Shown one piece after another: positions 9,239 to 18,516 of a stretch of DNA of 64,000 nucleotides. The notes under the pieces are model-generated. The model worked only from the letters and a program-made list of their open reading frames with translations. It ran no database searches and was not told the origin of the DNA. Positions within the stretch are counted from its first letter, which is position 1. Every line of letters starts with the position of its first letter. Source of the stretch: an uncultured Acidimicrobiia bacterium (GTDB lineage: Bacteria > Actinomycetota > Acidimicrobiia > Spongiisociales > UBA4744); NCBI GenBank assembly GCA_964594235.1, contig CAZQMF010000002.1, forward strand, positions 5,697-69,696, written 5' to 3'. Made by a program: the position numbers and the translations under genes.

Positions 9239-10075
9239 ATGAGTCCCGAAATCATCCACCAACTCATCGTCACCGGCATCGTTCTTCTCGGAACGGTCGC
9301 AGGTTGGCTGATCGTGAACCGCTCGGTTGCGCATTGGGTAGAGAAGATCGGGATCGGCGACAGCATCCCGGACACCGAGCGACGGCAGCGAGCCACAACG
9401 CTGTGGGGAGGGATCCGCAGGGTGATGCTGGTCGTCGTCGGCATCGTCGTCGTACTGACGGTCATGAATATCTGGGACATTCCGATCGGTTCCTTCATCG
9501 CCATCGGTTCGGCTGTCGGCGTGGCTGTCGGCTTCGGCGCTCAGAGCGTCGTCAAGGATGTCATCGCGGGGTTTCTCATCTTGGTCGAGAATCAGTTCGC
9601 GATCGGTGACGTTGTGAAGATCGCGGGGGTCGCCGGCTCCGTTCAGGAGATGCGGCTCAGAGTCACGGTTCTGCGCGATCTGGACGGCTACGTGCACTTC
9701 ATCCCCAACGGCACGATCACTGTCGCCTCGAACTACACGAGCCTGTTTGCGCGCGTCGTGGTCACCGTCGGCATCTCATACTCCAGCGATGTCGATCGCG
9801 CTATCCAAGTGATGGGAGACGAGCTCTCGGCAATGGCCGAAGACCATCCGACCGAGATCCTGGAGCCACCTCAGATGCTGGGCGTCGAGGAGCTGGGTGA
9901 CTCGGCGGTTTCTCTACGGGCTCTGATGGTGGTCGGACCGCAGGATCGATGGGCGATGCGAAGAGAGGCGCTGCGGCGGATCAAGAAGCGATTCGATAGC
10001 GAAGGCATCGTGATTCCGTTCCCGCAAGTGACCGTCCACATGCCGCCGCCTCCCATGGCTGCGCCCCCCGCATAG
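9239..10075 (+). CDS. Small-conductance mechanosensitive channel (MscS family)
   Basis: It has three N-terminal TM segments, then the MscS signature region (NQFAIGDVVKIAGVAGSVQEMRLRVTVLRDLDGYVHFIPNGTI). It starts 11 nt after the DLP2 stop. Confidence 0.8.
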   Translation: MSPEIIHQLIVTGIVLLGTVAGWLIVNRSVAHWVEKIGIGDSIPDTERRQRATTLWGGIRRVMLVVVGIVVVLTVMNIWDIPIGSFIAIGSAVGVAVGFGAQSVVKDVIAGFLILVENQFAIGDVVKIAGVAGSVQEMRLRVTVLRDLDGYVHFIPNGTITVASNYTSLFARVVVTVGISYSSDVDRAIQVMGDELSAMAEDHPTEILEPPQMLGVEELGDSAVSLRALMVVGPQDRWAMRREALRRIKKRFDSEGIVIPFPQVTVHMPPPPMAAPPA

Positions 10076-10105
10076 CCGCTACAGTTCGTCGGATCCGGAG
10101 GGATC

Positions 10106-10963
10106 ATGACGGAATGGCGGGAGTGGCAGGCATGGCGCCGTGTGACAGCGGTATCGCTCAACGCCGTCTCGAGCGCGGCAGCCGTCGGTGCAGAAGCTGC
10201 AGCCGCTCTCGAACAGCTCGCTTCGAGCGTCGCCGCGTACGCTCCGGAGTCGTATCCGGAGGCGATCGAGGATGCCATCGAGCTACTCGTCGACCGCCAA
10301 GCGGTCCGGGCGCCGGTCCTGGCGCTCTGCAACCAGATCTACCTCGCACTAGGAGAAGGCCCTGAGCGTGTTGTCGACGTCGCACGTGAGTTCGCCGAAC
10401 GGCTCAGCGCGTCGACGGCGAAGATCGGTTCCGAAGGCGCGAGCCTGATCGGGGAAGGGATGACCGTTCTGGTCCACGGTGTCTCCCGTTCGGTGAGGGC
10501 GGTCCTCGACGCCGCGAAGGAGCACACATCGTTCCAGGTGTGTTGCACCGAGGCGATGCCCGGTGGCGAGGGCCTCGAGATGGCGGCGGAACTCACCATC
10601 GCCGGCTTCGACGTAGAAGTGCTCGACGACGATTCCGCCGTTGAGTTCCTGCCTGGGGTCGACCTGGTGTTGTCTGGCGCCGATGCCATTGGACCTCACA
10701 GAGCTGTCACGAAGGCCGGCATACGCCGGCTCGCCTCTGCAGCGATGATCGCCGGGGTCGACCGATACCTGACCGCCGGTCGTGACAAGATCCTCCCGGT
10801 CGGTCTGTTCCGTCTCACATCCCAGCTGAGTTGGCGCCGATCTCTCTCAGAAGTCGTCGAACTGGATCAGTTCACTGCAATCGTTTCGGATGTCGGCATC
10901 CTGGCCATCGACGACATACCGGACCTCACGATCGAACAGCCCGTCGCTCCGGAACTCGCCTGA
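10106..10963 (+). CDS. eIF-2B alpha/beta/delta-like family protein (MtnA / ribose-1,5-bisphosphate isomerase-like), short and divergent
   Basis: It has C-terminal blocks (VLVHGVSRSV..., DLVLSGADAIGPHRAVTKAGIRRLASAAMIAGVDRYL) like the eIF2B-family Rossmann domain. The N-terminal domain is reduced. Confidence 0.45.
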   Translation: MTEWREWQAWRRVTAVSLNAVSSAAAVGAEAAAALEQLASSVAAYAPESYPEAIEDAIELLVDRQAVRAPVLALCNQIYLALGEGPERVVDVAREFAERLSASTAKIGSEGASLIGEGMTVLVHGVSRSVRAVLDAAKEHTSFQVCCTEAMPGGEGLEMAAELTIAGFDVEVLDDDSAVEFLPGVDLVLSGADAIGPHRAVTKAGIRRLASAAMIAGVDRYLTAGRDKILPVGLFRLTSQLSWRRSLSEVVELDQFTAIVSDVGILAIDDIPDLTIEQPVAPELA

Positions 10964-10964
10964 C

Positions 10965-11891
10965 TCAATCGCCGATCGGTGCGACCACCCTCAATCCGTG
11001 TGGCAGAGCGGAGAATCGCACCACTCCCGGACTACCGAGAGACTCGCCGTCCGCCTGGAGGGGTGACGGGGGATCCGACCACACTTCGACTTCGGGGACG
11101 TCTGGCCACACATCTACTCCCCCGATCGAGGAGAGATCCCGACCTGTCACCGCCGCGGCGAGGATCCGTGGCATGTTCGTGAACGAGAGACGCTCGATCA
11201 GAAGGACGGCCAGGCCTTCGTGTGGTGCCGTCGAAACCCTCAGACGGAGGCGTCCGAAATACGTATAGGGGTCGTGGATCTGAATCAACACCGCCGCGGC
11301 GTCCGCCGACCGCTCTCCCGCCTGGACTCGCATCGTTGGCGCTGGTCTGCCGTCGCGTGACAACACGACCGAGGCGGCCGACCGGGCGTAGTGGACACTG
11401 CCGAACCGATACTTGCGATATGGTTCCAGATTGGACAGACGGACGACCTCGGCGTCGAAGCCGAGACCCGTGGCGAATGTGGCGTACCGAACCGTCATGC
11501 TGTTCGCGGTCTCGACGGAGATCCGGGCGAGCGCCGTGCGAACGGCAGGCGGTTGAGATGCCAGGTAGGATGCCGCCTTCGCCGGCCTCGCCGGGATACC
11601 CAGGATGCGTGCAAGCACGTTCGTCGTGCCGGCCGGGATGATTCCGAGCGTCGTCTCCGTACCGACGATTCCGTTGACGACATGGTGGACGACCCCGTCG
11701 CCGCCCATTGCGACCACGATGTTGGTCCCCTCATGAGCCGCTTGCAGCGCCCGAGCCTCGACGCCGCCTGCACTCGTCGGCCATGCCGTCTCAACCTCGT
11801 AGGCGCGGGACAGACGTGCTACCACCGTACGGTGCAGGCCACCGGTGAAGCGAGAGGCGGCGGGATTCGCGATCAACAGCAGCGAACGCAT
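10965..11891 (-). CDS. Diacylglycerol kinase catalytic-domain lipid kinase (YegS/BmrU-like)
   Basis: It has LLIANPAASRF...NIVVAMGGDGVVHHVVNGIVG...LGIIPAGTTNVLAR, the DAGK_cat signature. It is convergent with the upstream gene, with the stops adjacent. Confidence 0.75.
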   Translation of the reverse strand: MRSLLLIANPAASRFTGGLHRTVVARLSRAYEVETAWPTSAGGVEARALQAAHEGTNIVVAMGGDGVVHHVVNGIVGTETTLGIIPAGTTNVLARILGIPARPAKAASYLASQPPAVRTALARISVETANSMTVRYATFATGLGFDAEVVRLSNLEPYRKYRFGSVHYARSAASVVLSRDGRPAPTMRVQAGERSADAAAVLIQIHDPYTYFGRLRLRVSTAPHEGLAVLLIERLSFTNMPRILAAAVTGRDLSSIGGVDVWPDVPEVEVWSDPPSPLQADGESLGSPGVVRFSALPHGLRVVAPIGD

Positions 11892-11949
11892 CCCGCAAGG
11901 CTACCGCTGGTCCTCAAGGATCGGATCACTCGCTCCGATACCTCCAGCT

Positions 11950-12906
11950 ATGAACGGTTCACGGCACGCCGCCACCTATGAAGCAGGCGGCGAGGGGGCG
12001 CTGCTCGGAGCGGCAGCCGGGGAGATGTTGGTGTCGGGCACCCGTCGGGCGTACGGGGCCACGGTGCAACAGATGGTGTTCACCGCCTACCACCTCCTCC
12101 GATCTCAACCTATCCAAGGGGAGGCCATCGCAACGCATCTGCTCGAATTCGCGTACCCGTCAGACGGGCGTGCGAGTGTCTATCGATCGCCGTCGCCGTG
12201 GCTCGCGGCGTACATCGACGAAGCGAAGCTGTCGCCGCCTACACCGATGCCGTTCTTGAACCCCGGTGCGGCGATCAGGGCCGTGCCGATAGGCGTCTGG
12301 TTCAGAAAGGAACCTCAGGCATTGATCGAAGGTGCTATCGAGGCGGTCCGCGCAACGCACACCCGGCCCGAGTCGTCGATTGTCGGAAGCGTCGTCGCGG
12401 GAATGGTCGCAGCGGCAGGCTATGGCCAGTCGGGCCGAGACCTGGTGAACGGCGCCATCGAGGTCGCTCAACGAGCCGAGAGGACGCTCGATGTGTCAAC
12501 GCCCATCCCAGCGATGCTCGATCGCACTACCGAGCTCATTGTGGGCAGCGCCAAGGACGTGTCCGTCGAGGTGCTGTCGTGGGGGGCGAACGACACCGAA
12601 GTCGAAGTCGTAGCGATGGTCGTAGCGCTCGCATCGCGGGCGTTCGAAGAAGCGTCGGTCGTGGTGCGAAACGCGGCAGGCGTCGTCTCGCATGCGGAAT
12701 GGGTCGCTCCACTCGTGGGAGCCGTGGTTGGTGCCCGGAGTGGACTCCACAAGTGGCCGTGGCCGCTTCCGAACGATCTCTGGTTCGCCGAGCTGGGTAG
12801 ACGCCTCGCCCGGCAGAATGCCGTGGTCGAGGATCTTCCCGATCCGTACGCGGTCGAGGAGGTGCTCAACTACGAGCTCGCCACGGACACTCTCGTAGAG
12901 AGGTAG
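11950..12906 (+). CDS. ADP-ribosylglycohydrolase-like protein (divergent; catalytic Asp positions appear substituted)
   Basis: It has an N-terminal G-rich block (AGGEGALLGAAAGEML) and a C-terminal block (WGANDTEVEVVAMVVALA...GAVVGARSG) resembling the two metal-binding motifs of ADPRH. The in-frame ATG at 11950 avoids overlap with the divergent kinase gene. Confidence 0.4.
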   Translation: MNGSRHAATYEAGGEGALLGAAAGEMLVSGTRRAYGATVQQMVFTAYHLLRSQPIQGEAIATHLLEFAYPSDGRASVYRSPSPWLAAYIDEAKLSPPTPMPFLNPGAAIRAVPIGVWFRKEPQALIEGAIEAVRATHTRPESSIVGSVVAGMVAAAGYGQSGRDLVNGAIEVAQRAERTLDVSTPIPAMLDRTTELIVGSAKDVSVEVLSWGANDTEVEVVAMVVALASRAFEEASVVVRNAAGVVSHAEWVAPLVGAVVGARSGLHKWPWPLPNDLWFAELGRRLARQNAVVEDLPDPYAVEEVLNYELATDTLVER

Positions 12907-12924
12907 CGATCGAAGATCGCTGCC

Positions 12925-12965
12925 TCACAGCTCACAGCTGGCGACTGAAGACTGACGACTCACTC
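12925..12965 (+). repeat. Partial copy (B) of the dispersed repeat: CTGAAGACTGACGACTCACTC tail
   Basis: It matches the 3' end of copy D (gactgaagactgaa...gactcactc). It overlaps the last codons and stop of the minus-strand MFS gene. Confidence 0.4.
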
Positions 12966-14189
12966 CGACTCCAAAGGAATCGGAGCGTCCGTCACTCCCG
13001 CGAGAACGATGCGTGCCGCGCCGAAGAACAACAGCAACGACGCAATCGCAGCGACGCGTCCCCACTTGAGTACGTCGGTGATGAGAGCCCAGACGAGCGG
13101 TCCGAGAAGCGTGGCGAACCTACCGACGGTCGCGTAGAGGCCATAGAACTCGCCGTAGTGCTCGGAAGGTGAGATCCTCGCCATGTACACGCGGTCCGAC
13201 GTCCAGGTGGCTCCCGCGGCCGCCCCGCCGAGGACTCCGACGAACCATCCGAGACCTCCGCGATCGGACAAGGCGGCGACAACTGCGACCACCACTGCGG
13301 CGCTCCACAGGTACAGCGCAGAGTGAAGCGCCTTGCGTGGCCCGACCCGATCGACAACCTTCCCGACGATGAACGAGGCGATGACTGCCGACACAATCGC
13401 CGAGAGCGCGAGCACGTCGGTCTGACGGTCGCTGAATCCCATCTCGGTGACGGCGAAGATCGCCACGAACAGAAACGCCGTGTTCGCACCATCCGCGTAC
13501 AGGAACCGCCCGATGAGAAACCGCGCCACGCCCGGATAACGTCGAGCTCGACGCCACGAGCTTGCAAGGTGCGCGAGCGCTTCGATGAGGCGTGGCGGTC
13601 GCCCCGGCCGTCGGGGTCGTGGGCGCTCCTCGACGAAGACGAACGCCGGCAATGCGAAGACGAGAAACATGAGAGCGAGTACCCGAAACAGCGGCCCGTA
13701 CCCGTAGCGATCCAACATGATGAGGCCGGTCCCGATCGCGAGAAACGACCCGAGATAGCCAACACCCACGCCGAGCCCGGACACGAAGCCTCGGTTCATC
13801 TCGGTACTGACATCGGGGAGCATCGCGTCGTAGACGACGCTGCCCAGCGTGAACCCGATTTGACCCACGATGTAGAGCGCGAGTGATGGGTACAAGCCCC
13901 ATATGGTGAGGAGCGCCGTCGCTGCGACCGTCGCCAGCGTCGTCACGATGAGCGCCGGGCGCCGTGTTCCAGCCCGGTCGGAGCGGGTGCCGACCCACGG
14001 TGCCAGCACGATCACGATCGCCATTGCGAGCGCCGTCGCATATCCGAAGAGGGCATCGGTGCCCCCTTGCTCCTGCACCACCCACACGGAGAAATAGCGG
14101 CCGCCGACCGCCAGCGCGAACACCGTGTTCGCCAGGTCATACAGGACCCATGAGCCGGTACTTCGTCGTGACGGGATCCAAGGGTCCAT
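12960..14189 (-). CDS. MFS transporter
   Basis: 409 aa with 12 predicted hydrophobic helices. It has the MFS-like G-x-x-x-D-R/K loop (GTRSDRAGTRRP). Confidence 0.7.
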   Translation of the reverse strand: MDPWIPSRRSTGSWVLYDLANTVFALAVGGRYFSVWVVQEQGGTDALFGYATALAMAIVIVLAPWVGTRSDRAGTRRPALIVTTLATVAATALLTIWGLYPSLALYIVGQIGFTLGSVVYDAMLPDVSTEMNRGFVSGLGVGVGYLGSFLAIGTGLIMLDRYGYGPLFRVLALMFLVFALPAFVFVEERPRPRRPGRPPRLIEALAHLASSWRRARRYPGVARFLIGRFLYADGANTAFLFVAIFAVTEMGFSDRQTDVLALSAIVSAVIASFIVGKVVDRVGPRKALHSALYLWSAAVVVAVVAALSDRGGLGWFVGVLGGAAAGATWTSDRVYMARISPSEHYGEFYGLYATVGRFATLLGPLVWALITDVLKWGRVAAIASLLLFFGAARIVLAGVTDAPIPLESE

Positions 14190-14219
14190 GAAGGGCGACT
14201 GTAGCCGGAGGCAGTTGGC

Positions 14220-15275
14220 TCAGAAGGTCACCGCGACGGAAATCAGTTCCTCGTGTCCGAGGAGTCCAGCCGCTGCCTCCACAGCTCGTTCGGCTTCATC
14301 CAGCGGAAACTCGTGACTCACCAGGTCGTCGAGTCTCGGATCGGTCTCCAAATGGCGGGCCGCCCAGTGGTACCCGGCGCTACTCGCCCCGAACCCTCCA
14401 CGAATCGTGATCTCTTTCAAGACGATCAGGTCGGAGAACAGCTGGTTGACAGCCCGTACTCCCTTCAGGGACGCGACGACGACGGTTCCCCCTGCCCGTA
14501 CGAGATCCAGTGCCGTGTGTATGGCCTCGGGGTCGTCCTTGGTCACGTCCAGCACGACCTCCGGCCGGGCGCCGAGGCTGTCGGCGACGGCGCCGGCGAC
14601 ATCGTCCTTGCGGGCGTCAACGACCATGTCGGCACCGAGTCGTCTGGCGAGTTCGAGCCGGTCTCGATTCTCCGTGAGACCGCTCACCCCGATCCAGCCT
14701 GCTCCCGCCTCCTTGGCGGCGATGACCGCCGCCAGACCTCGCGGTCCCGGTCCGAGGATCAGAACCGAGTCCCCGGTGCGAAGAGCCGAGATCTCGACCG
14801 TCCACGTGAACGCGTCGGCCAGCGCGTGGCCGAACGTGGCCACTGGCGCCTCGATATCGTCGCTGATCGGATGAAGTCGCGCCCCGGGATCCAGGTAGAG
14901 GTACTCGGCGAAGCCTCCCCAGAGGCCGGGGGGTTCCGTCGATGGCAGGCGGCCATATGCGTTGATCGGTCTGCGGAACGAGCACGAGTGAAGGTGTCCG
15001 AGGCATCGGCGGCATGCGCCACAGCGGATGGAGGACTCGACAATCACGCGTGTGCCGATCGGGATGTCGAACGAGTCGTCCACCAGGGATGCAACCCGTC
15101 CAACCACTTCGTGGCCGGGGATCAGTGGGTATCGGATGTATCGGTTCGTTCCCTGCCACACCTGGACATCCGAGCCGGTGACACCGGTCGCTTCGATCGC
15201 GAGCCAGCCGCCGGTTTCGACGGGCTGCAACGCGAATGTCGTTGCCGTGAAACGCTGCGGCTCAACCAACAGCAT
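14220..15275 (-). CDS. Zinc-dependent alcohol dehydrogenase (MDR family)
   Basis: It has a GroES-like N-terminal domain (LIPGHEVVGRV...), a structural-Zn Cys cluster (CGACRRCLGHLHSC) and a Rossmann domain (LILGPGPRGLAAVIAAKEAGAG). I chose the internal start MLLVEP... to avoid overlap with the next gene. Confidence 0.75.
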   Translation of the reverse strand: MLLVEPQRFTATTFALQPVETGGWLAIEATGVTGSDVQVWQGTNRYIRYPLIPGHEVVGRVASLVDDSFDIPIGTRVIVESSIRCGACRRCLGHLHSCSFRRPINAYGRLPSTEPPGLWGGFAEYLYLDPGARLHPISDDIEAPVATFGHALADAFTWTVEISALRTGDSVLILGPGPRGLAAVIAAKEAGAGWIGVSGLTENRDRLELARRLGADMVVDARKDDVAGAVADSLGARPEVVLDVTKDDPEAIHTALDLVRAGGTVVVASLKGVRAVNQLFSDLIVLKEITIRGGFGASSAGYHWAARHLETDPRLDDLVSHEFPLDEAERAVEAAAGLLGHEELISVAVTF

Positions 15276-15336
15276 GGCTTTGGCCGTTGACACACCACAC
15301 TCCTCCGCGGCGAGTGTATACCCGTCGGTACGGGCT

Positions 15337-16530
15337 TCAGCCGTTGAGGAACGCCGCCAGTCGGCGCATGCCCTCCTCGAGCTGGTCGTCGGCCAAGGCA
15401 TACGAAAACCTCGCGTATCCAGGTGCGCCGAATGCTTCGCCTGGAACGAATGCCACCAAGGCCTTCTCGAGGATGAGTTCGGCGAGTTCGGATGTGGACG
15501 TCGCGACCGATCCTCGAAGGGGTTTGTTCAGGAAAGCCTCCAGCGAGGGGAACGCATAGAACGCCCCGTGTGGCTCGGAGACTCGAACGCCTTCGATCTC
15601 GCTGAGCATTCGGTACATGGTTTGTCGTCGTCTGTCGAACGCCGCCCTCATCGACTCCACCGTCTCCATTCCGCCTCTCAGCGCGGTGAGAGCGGCGATC
15701 TGAGCGACGTTGTTGACGTTCGAAGTCGAGTGTGACTGGAGGTTCGATGCAGCCTTGATGACATCTGCTGGACCTACCATCCAGCCGACCCTCCATCCGG
15801 TCATTGCGTACGACTTGGCGACCCCGTTGACGATCACCGCACTGTTCCGCAGTTCGGGAACGATCCCCGGCATCGAGACGTACTCGGCGTCGCCGTACAC
15901 GAGGTACTCGTAGATGTCGTCGGTGAGCACCCAGACATTGCGTTCGACGGCCCACCGGCCGATCGCCTCCACTTCGTCTCGCGAGTAGACGGCACCACTC
16001 GGATTTGACGGCGACACGAACACGAGGAGCTTGGTGCGCGGCGTCCACGCCGCATCGAGTGCCTCGACAGATACTCGGAAGTCGTCCTCGACGCCGGCCT
16101 GCACCACGACCGGGACTCCGCCGGCCAATCGGATAGCCTCCGGGTAGGTGACCCAGTAGGGCGCGGGGAGAAGCACTTCGTCACCGATGTCGATGAGCGT
16201 TGCCATCGCCGCGAAGACTGCGTGTTTCCCGCCGTTGGTAACCAGCACCTGGCCGGCCCCGACCGTGAATCCGGCGTCGCGGGTGGTCTTCGCCGCAACC
16301 TCCTCTTTGAGCTCCGGTAGCCCTGACGCGGCCGAGTACTTGTGGTAGGTGGGATTCGCGCATGCTTCGGCTGCCGCAGCGACGATGTACGAAGGGGTCG
16401 CGAAGTCGGGCTCGCCTGCACCAAAGCCGATCACGTCGTGGCCGGCGACTCTCAACGCCCTCGCCTTCGCCGTCACGGCGAGCGTCGGCGACTCGGAAAT
16501 CGAGGCGATTCGTTGCGAGATCCTGGCCAT
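15337..16530 (-). CDS. Aspartate/aromatic aminotransferase, class I PLP-dependent
   Basis: It has GAGEPDF...LPELKEEV...NGGKHA...[10 protein letters not shown]...[10 protein letters not shown]...[16 protein letters not shown], the classical AspC family blocks. Confidence 0.85.
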   Translation of the reverse strand: MARISQRIASISESPTLAVTAKARALRVAGHDVIGFGAGEPDFATPSYIVAAAAEACANPTYHKYSAASGLPELKEEVAAKTTRDAGFTVGAGQVLVTNGGKHAVFAAMATLIDIGDEVLLPAPYWVTYPEAIRLAGGVPVVVQAGVEDDFRVSVEALDAAWTPRTKLLVFVSPSNPSGAVYSRDEVEAIGRWAVERNVWVLTDDIYEYLVYGDAEYVSMPGIVPELRNSAVIVNGVAKSYAMTGWRVGWMVGPADVIKAASNLQSHSTSNVNNVAQIAALTALRGGMETVESMRAAFDRRRQTMYRMLSEIEGVRVSEPHGAFYAFPSLEAFLNKPLRGSVATSTSELAELILEKALVAFVPGEAFGAPGYARFSYALADDQLEEGMRRLAAFLNG

Positions 16531-16564
16531 GATCCATTAGGTTGGTCGACTCCGAGAGACCTTA

Positions 16565-17668
16565 GTGATCGTGGAATCGAAGATCAGCATCCCAGCCGGG
16601 CTTCTCCCAAAGGACGGCCGTTTCGGATCCGGGCCAACGAAGGTACGGACAGAGTGGCTCGATGCGCTGGCGTCGTGGCCGGCCGTCGGGACATCGCATC
16701 GTCAACAGCCGATCAAGGACGTCGTGCACCGGATCCGAGCCGGTCTCGTGGAACTGCTGACTGCCCCAGACGGCTACGAAGTCGCGCTGGGCAACGGTGG
16801 GGCGACCGCATTCTGGGACATGGCGGCGTTCGGGCTGATCGAACGACGTAGCCAGCACCTCTCCTTCGGGGCGTTCAGTTCACGGTTCGCATCGGTCGTC
16901 GCATCGACCCCACACCTCGAAGCTCCTGATGTGATCGAATCGGTCCCAGGAACGCACCCGATGCCACGAGCCTCCGAGGACATCGACGCGTACGCACTCA
17001 CGCACAACGAAACGTCGACCGGAGTCGCGATGGAACTCAACCGACCGGCACCCGGAATCGTCGTGGTCGACGGAACCTCGGCAGCCGGTGCACTTCGTTT
17101 CGATGCTGCCGCCGTCGACGTCTACTACTTCTCAACACAGAAGGCGTTTGGTGCAGATGGGGGGTTGTGGGTCGCGTTGCTCTCGCCGGCTGCCGTAGAG
17201 CGGATCGAGCAGATCGCGGCATCGGACAGACACATCCCCGCGTTCCTGAGCCTCAGCGATGCAGTTGTGAACTCGCGTCGAGATCAGACCCTCAACACAC
17301 CATCGCTCGTCACCCTGTTCCTCCTCGAACGGCAAATCGAATGGATTCTCTCCAACGGTGGAATGGAGTGGGCAGGGCGCCACTGTCGTGGCATGTCCTC
17401 GATGCTCTACGAATGGGCCGAGCAGCGCGACTACGCCTCGCCTTTTGTCGTGAATCCTGCGATGCGCTCTCCTGTCACGGTGACCATCGACCTGACCGTC
17501 GACGCGGCGGAAGTGTCGGCTGCACTCAGGGAGAACGGGATCGTCGATACCGAGTCGTATCGGAAGCTCGGCAGGAACCAGCTGCGAATCGGTGTATGGC
17601 CGTCGACCGACCGGGAGGACGTCCAGCGACTCATCGCCTGTGTCGACTATGTGGTCGAACGCCTCTGA
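16565..17668 (+). CDS. serC: Phosphoserine aminotransferase (actinobacterial SerC type)
   Basis: GTG start. It has FGSGPTKVR... and an aminotransferase class V fold (YYFSTQKAFGADGGLWVALLSPAAVERI). It is divergent from the aminotransferase above, with a 34-bp spacer. Confidence 0.75.
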   Translation: MIVESKISIPAGLLPKDGRFGSGPTKVRTEWLDALASWPAVGTSHRQQPIKDVVHRIRAGLVELLTAPDGYEVALGNGGATAFWDMAAFGLIERRSQHLSFGAFSSRFASVVASTPHLEAPDVIESVPGTHPMPRASEDIDAYALTHNETSTGVAMELNRPAPGIVVVDGTSAAGALRFDAAAVDVYYFSTQKAFGADGGLWVALLSPAAVERIEQIAASDRHIPAFLSLSDAVVNSRRDQTLNTPSLVTLFLLERQIEWILSNGGMEWAGRHCRGMSSMLYEWAEQRDYASPFVVNPAMRSPVTVTIDLTVDAAEVSAALRENGIVDTESYRKLGRNQLRIGVWPSTDREDVQRLIACVDYVVERL

Positions 17669-18330
17669 CCTAGATCGACGTCGATGAGCGTGTGTGCCGG
17701 GCGGTACACACGCCGGGCCAGCGGAGAAAGCATGTTGAGGGGATGCAAGACGGGAAGGACCGGGGTCGATCGGGCCAGCGCACGCTCGGCGATGCCGGCG
17801 ATGCGCGCCGTGGTCCAGACCCTGTCGCCGAATCTCGCAGCGGCGGGAACCAAGACCACGTCTGACGCCTCTGGTGGGCCGAGAAGGACGTTCGAATCGA
17901 GATAGCCCAACCCTCTCGCTACAGCGACCATGTCGGTCACGAGATCGTGCTCTCGTTCGGTCACGACGAGTTCCAGAACCGCAAGCGTCGAGTCTCCGAG
18001 CGACGGTACCCCGATCGACTGCCGTTCCGCCAACCGTGAGGCGAGGACCCGGATCCACCTCGTATCGTGGAGAGCACGGTCGACGGCTTCGAGACCGGAC
18101 AGGACCCGACCGATGTCCGGGTCAACGGCGGGATCTGTCACGGCGAGGAGGAGGGCGCTATCGGCACGCTCCTTGCGGAAGCGTTGAATCCGGGGGAGCG
18201 CGTTCGACCAGTCCGAGTCGGCGAGCGATCGAAGCGCCGACACAACGGCGACAGCCGAGGCGAGGGGGTCGGCCCACTCCCTGCGGAAGGCGTCCGCCAA
18301 AACATCCATCGGATCCTGCATCGTCGACAA
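17647..18330 (-). CDS. Hypothetical protein (227 aa)
   Basis: Long ORF with codon-biased composition and no recognisable motif. Its 3' end overlaps the serC end by about 20 nt. Confidence 0.4.
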   Translation of the reverse strand: MSTMQDPMDVLADAFRREWADPLASAVAVVSALRSLADSDWSNALPRIQRFRKERADSALLLAVTDPAVDPDIGRVLSGLEAVDRALHDTRWIRVLASRLAERQSIGVPSLGDSTLAVLELVVTEREHDLVTDMVAVARGLGYLDSNVLLGPPEASDVVLVPAAARFGDRVWTTARIAGIAERALARSTPVLPVLHPLNMLSPLARRVYRPAHTLIDVDLGQRRSTT

Positions 18331-18338
18331 CCTACAAC

Positions 18339-18470
18339 AGGCGAGCTTCGCTCGCCGTGGTTGTCGGTTATGGGTTTTCGGTTCTCGGTGGGAGGGTCGC
18401 CCTACGGGTTGTCTGGGGCAGCGTTCTTACTGATGACTGATGACTGATGACTGCGAGCGAAGCGAACCGG
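18339..18470 (+). repeat. Dispersed intergenic repeat, copy C (left palindrome GGCGAGCTTCGCTCGCC, GGTTGTCGGTT/TTTTCGGTTCTCGG module, (TGACTGA)x3 array, right end GCGAGCGAAGCG)
   Basis: Homologous to 568-682 and 40405-40645. Its ends are reverse complements of each other (gcttcgctcgc / gcgagcgaagc), which is TIR-like. The heptamer array puts TGA in all three plus-strand frames. Confidence 0.65.
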
Positions 18471-18516
18471 GCAGCGCCCGCCTCTTCTAGTCTGGGTATG
18501 CGCACAAGGAGGAACA

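Noticed and set aside
8791-9504. 237-aa minus-strand ORF
   Set aside because: It is antisense to the DLP2 3' end and the MscS 5' end.
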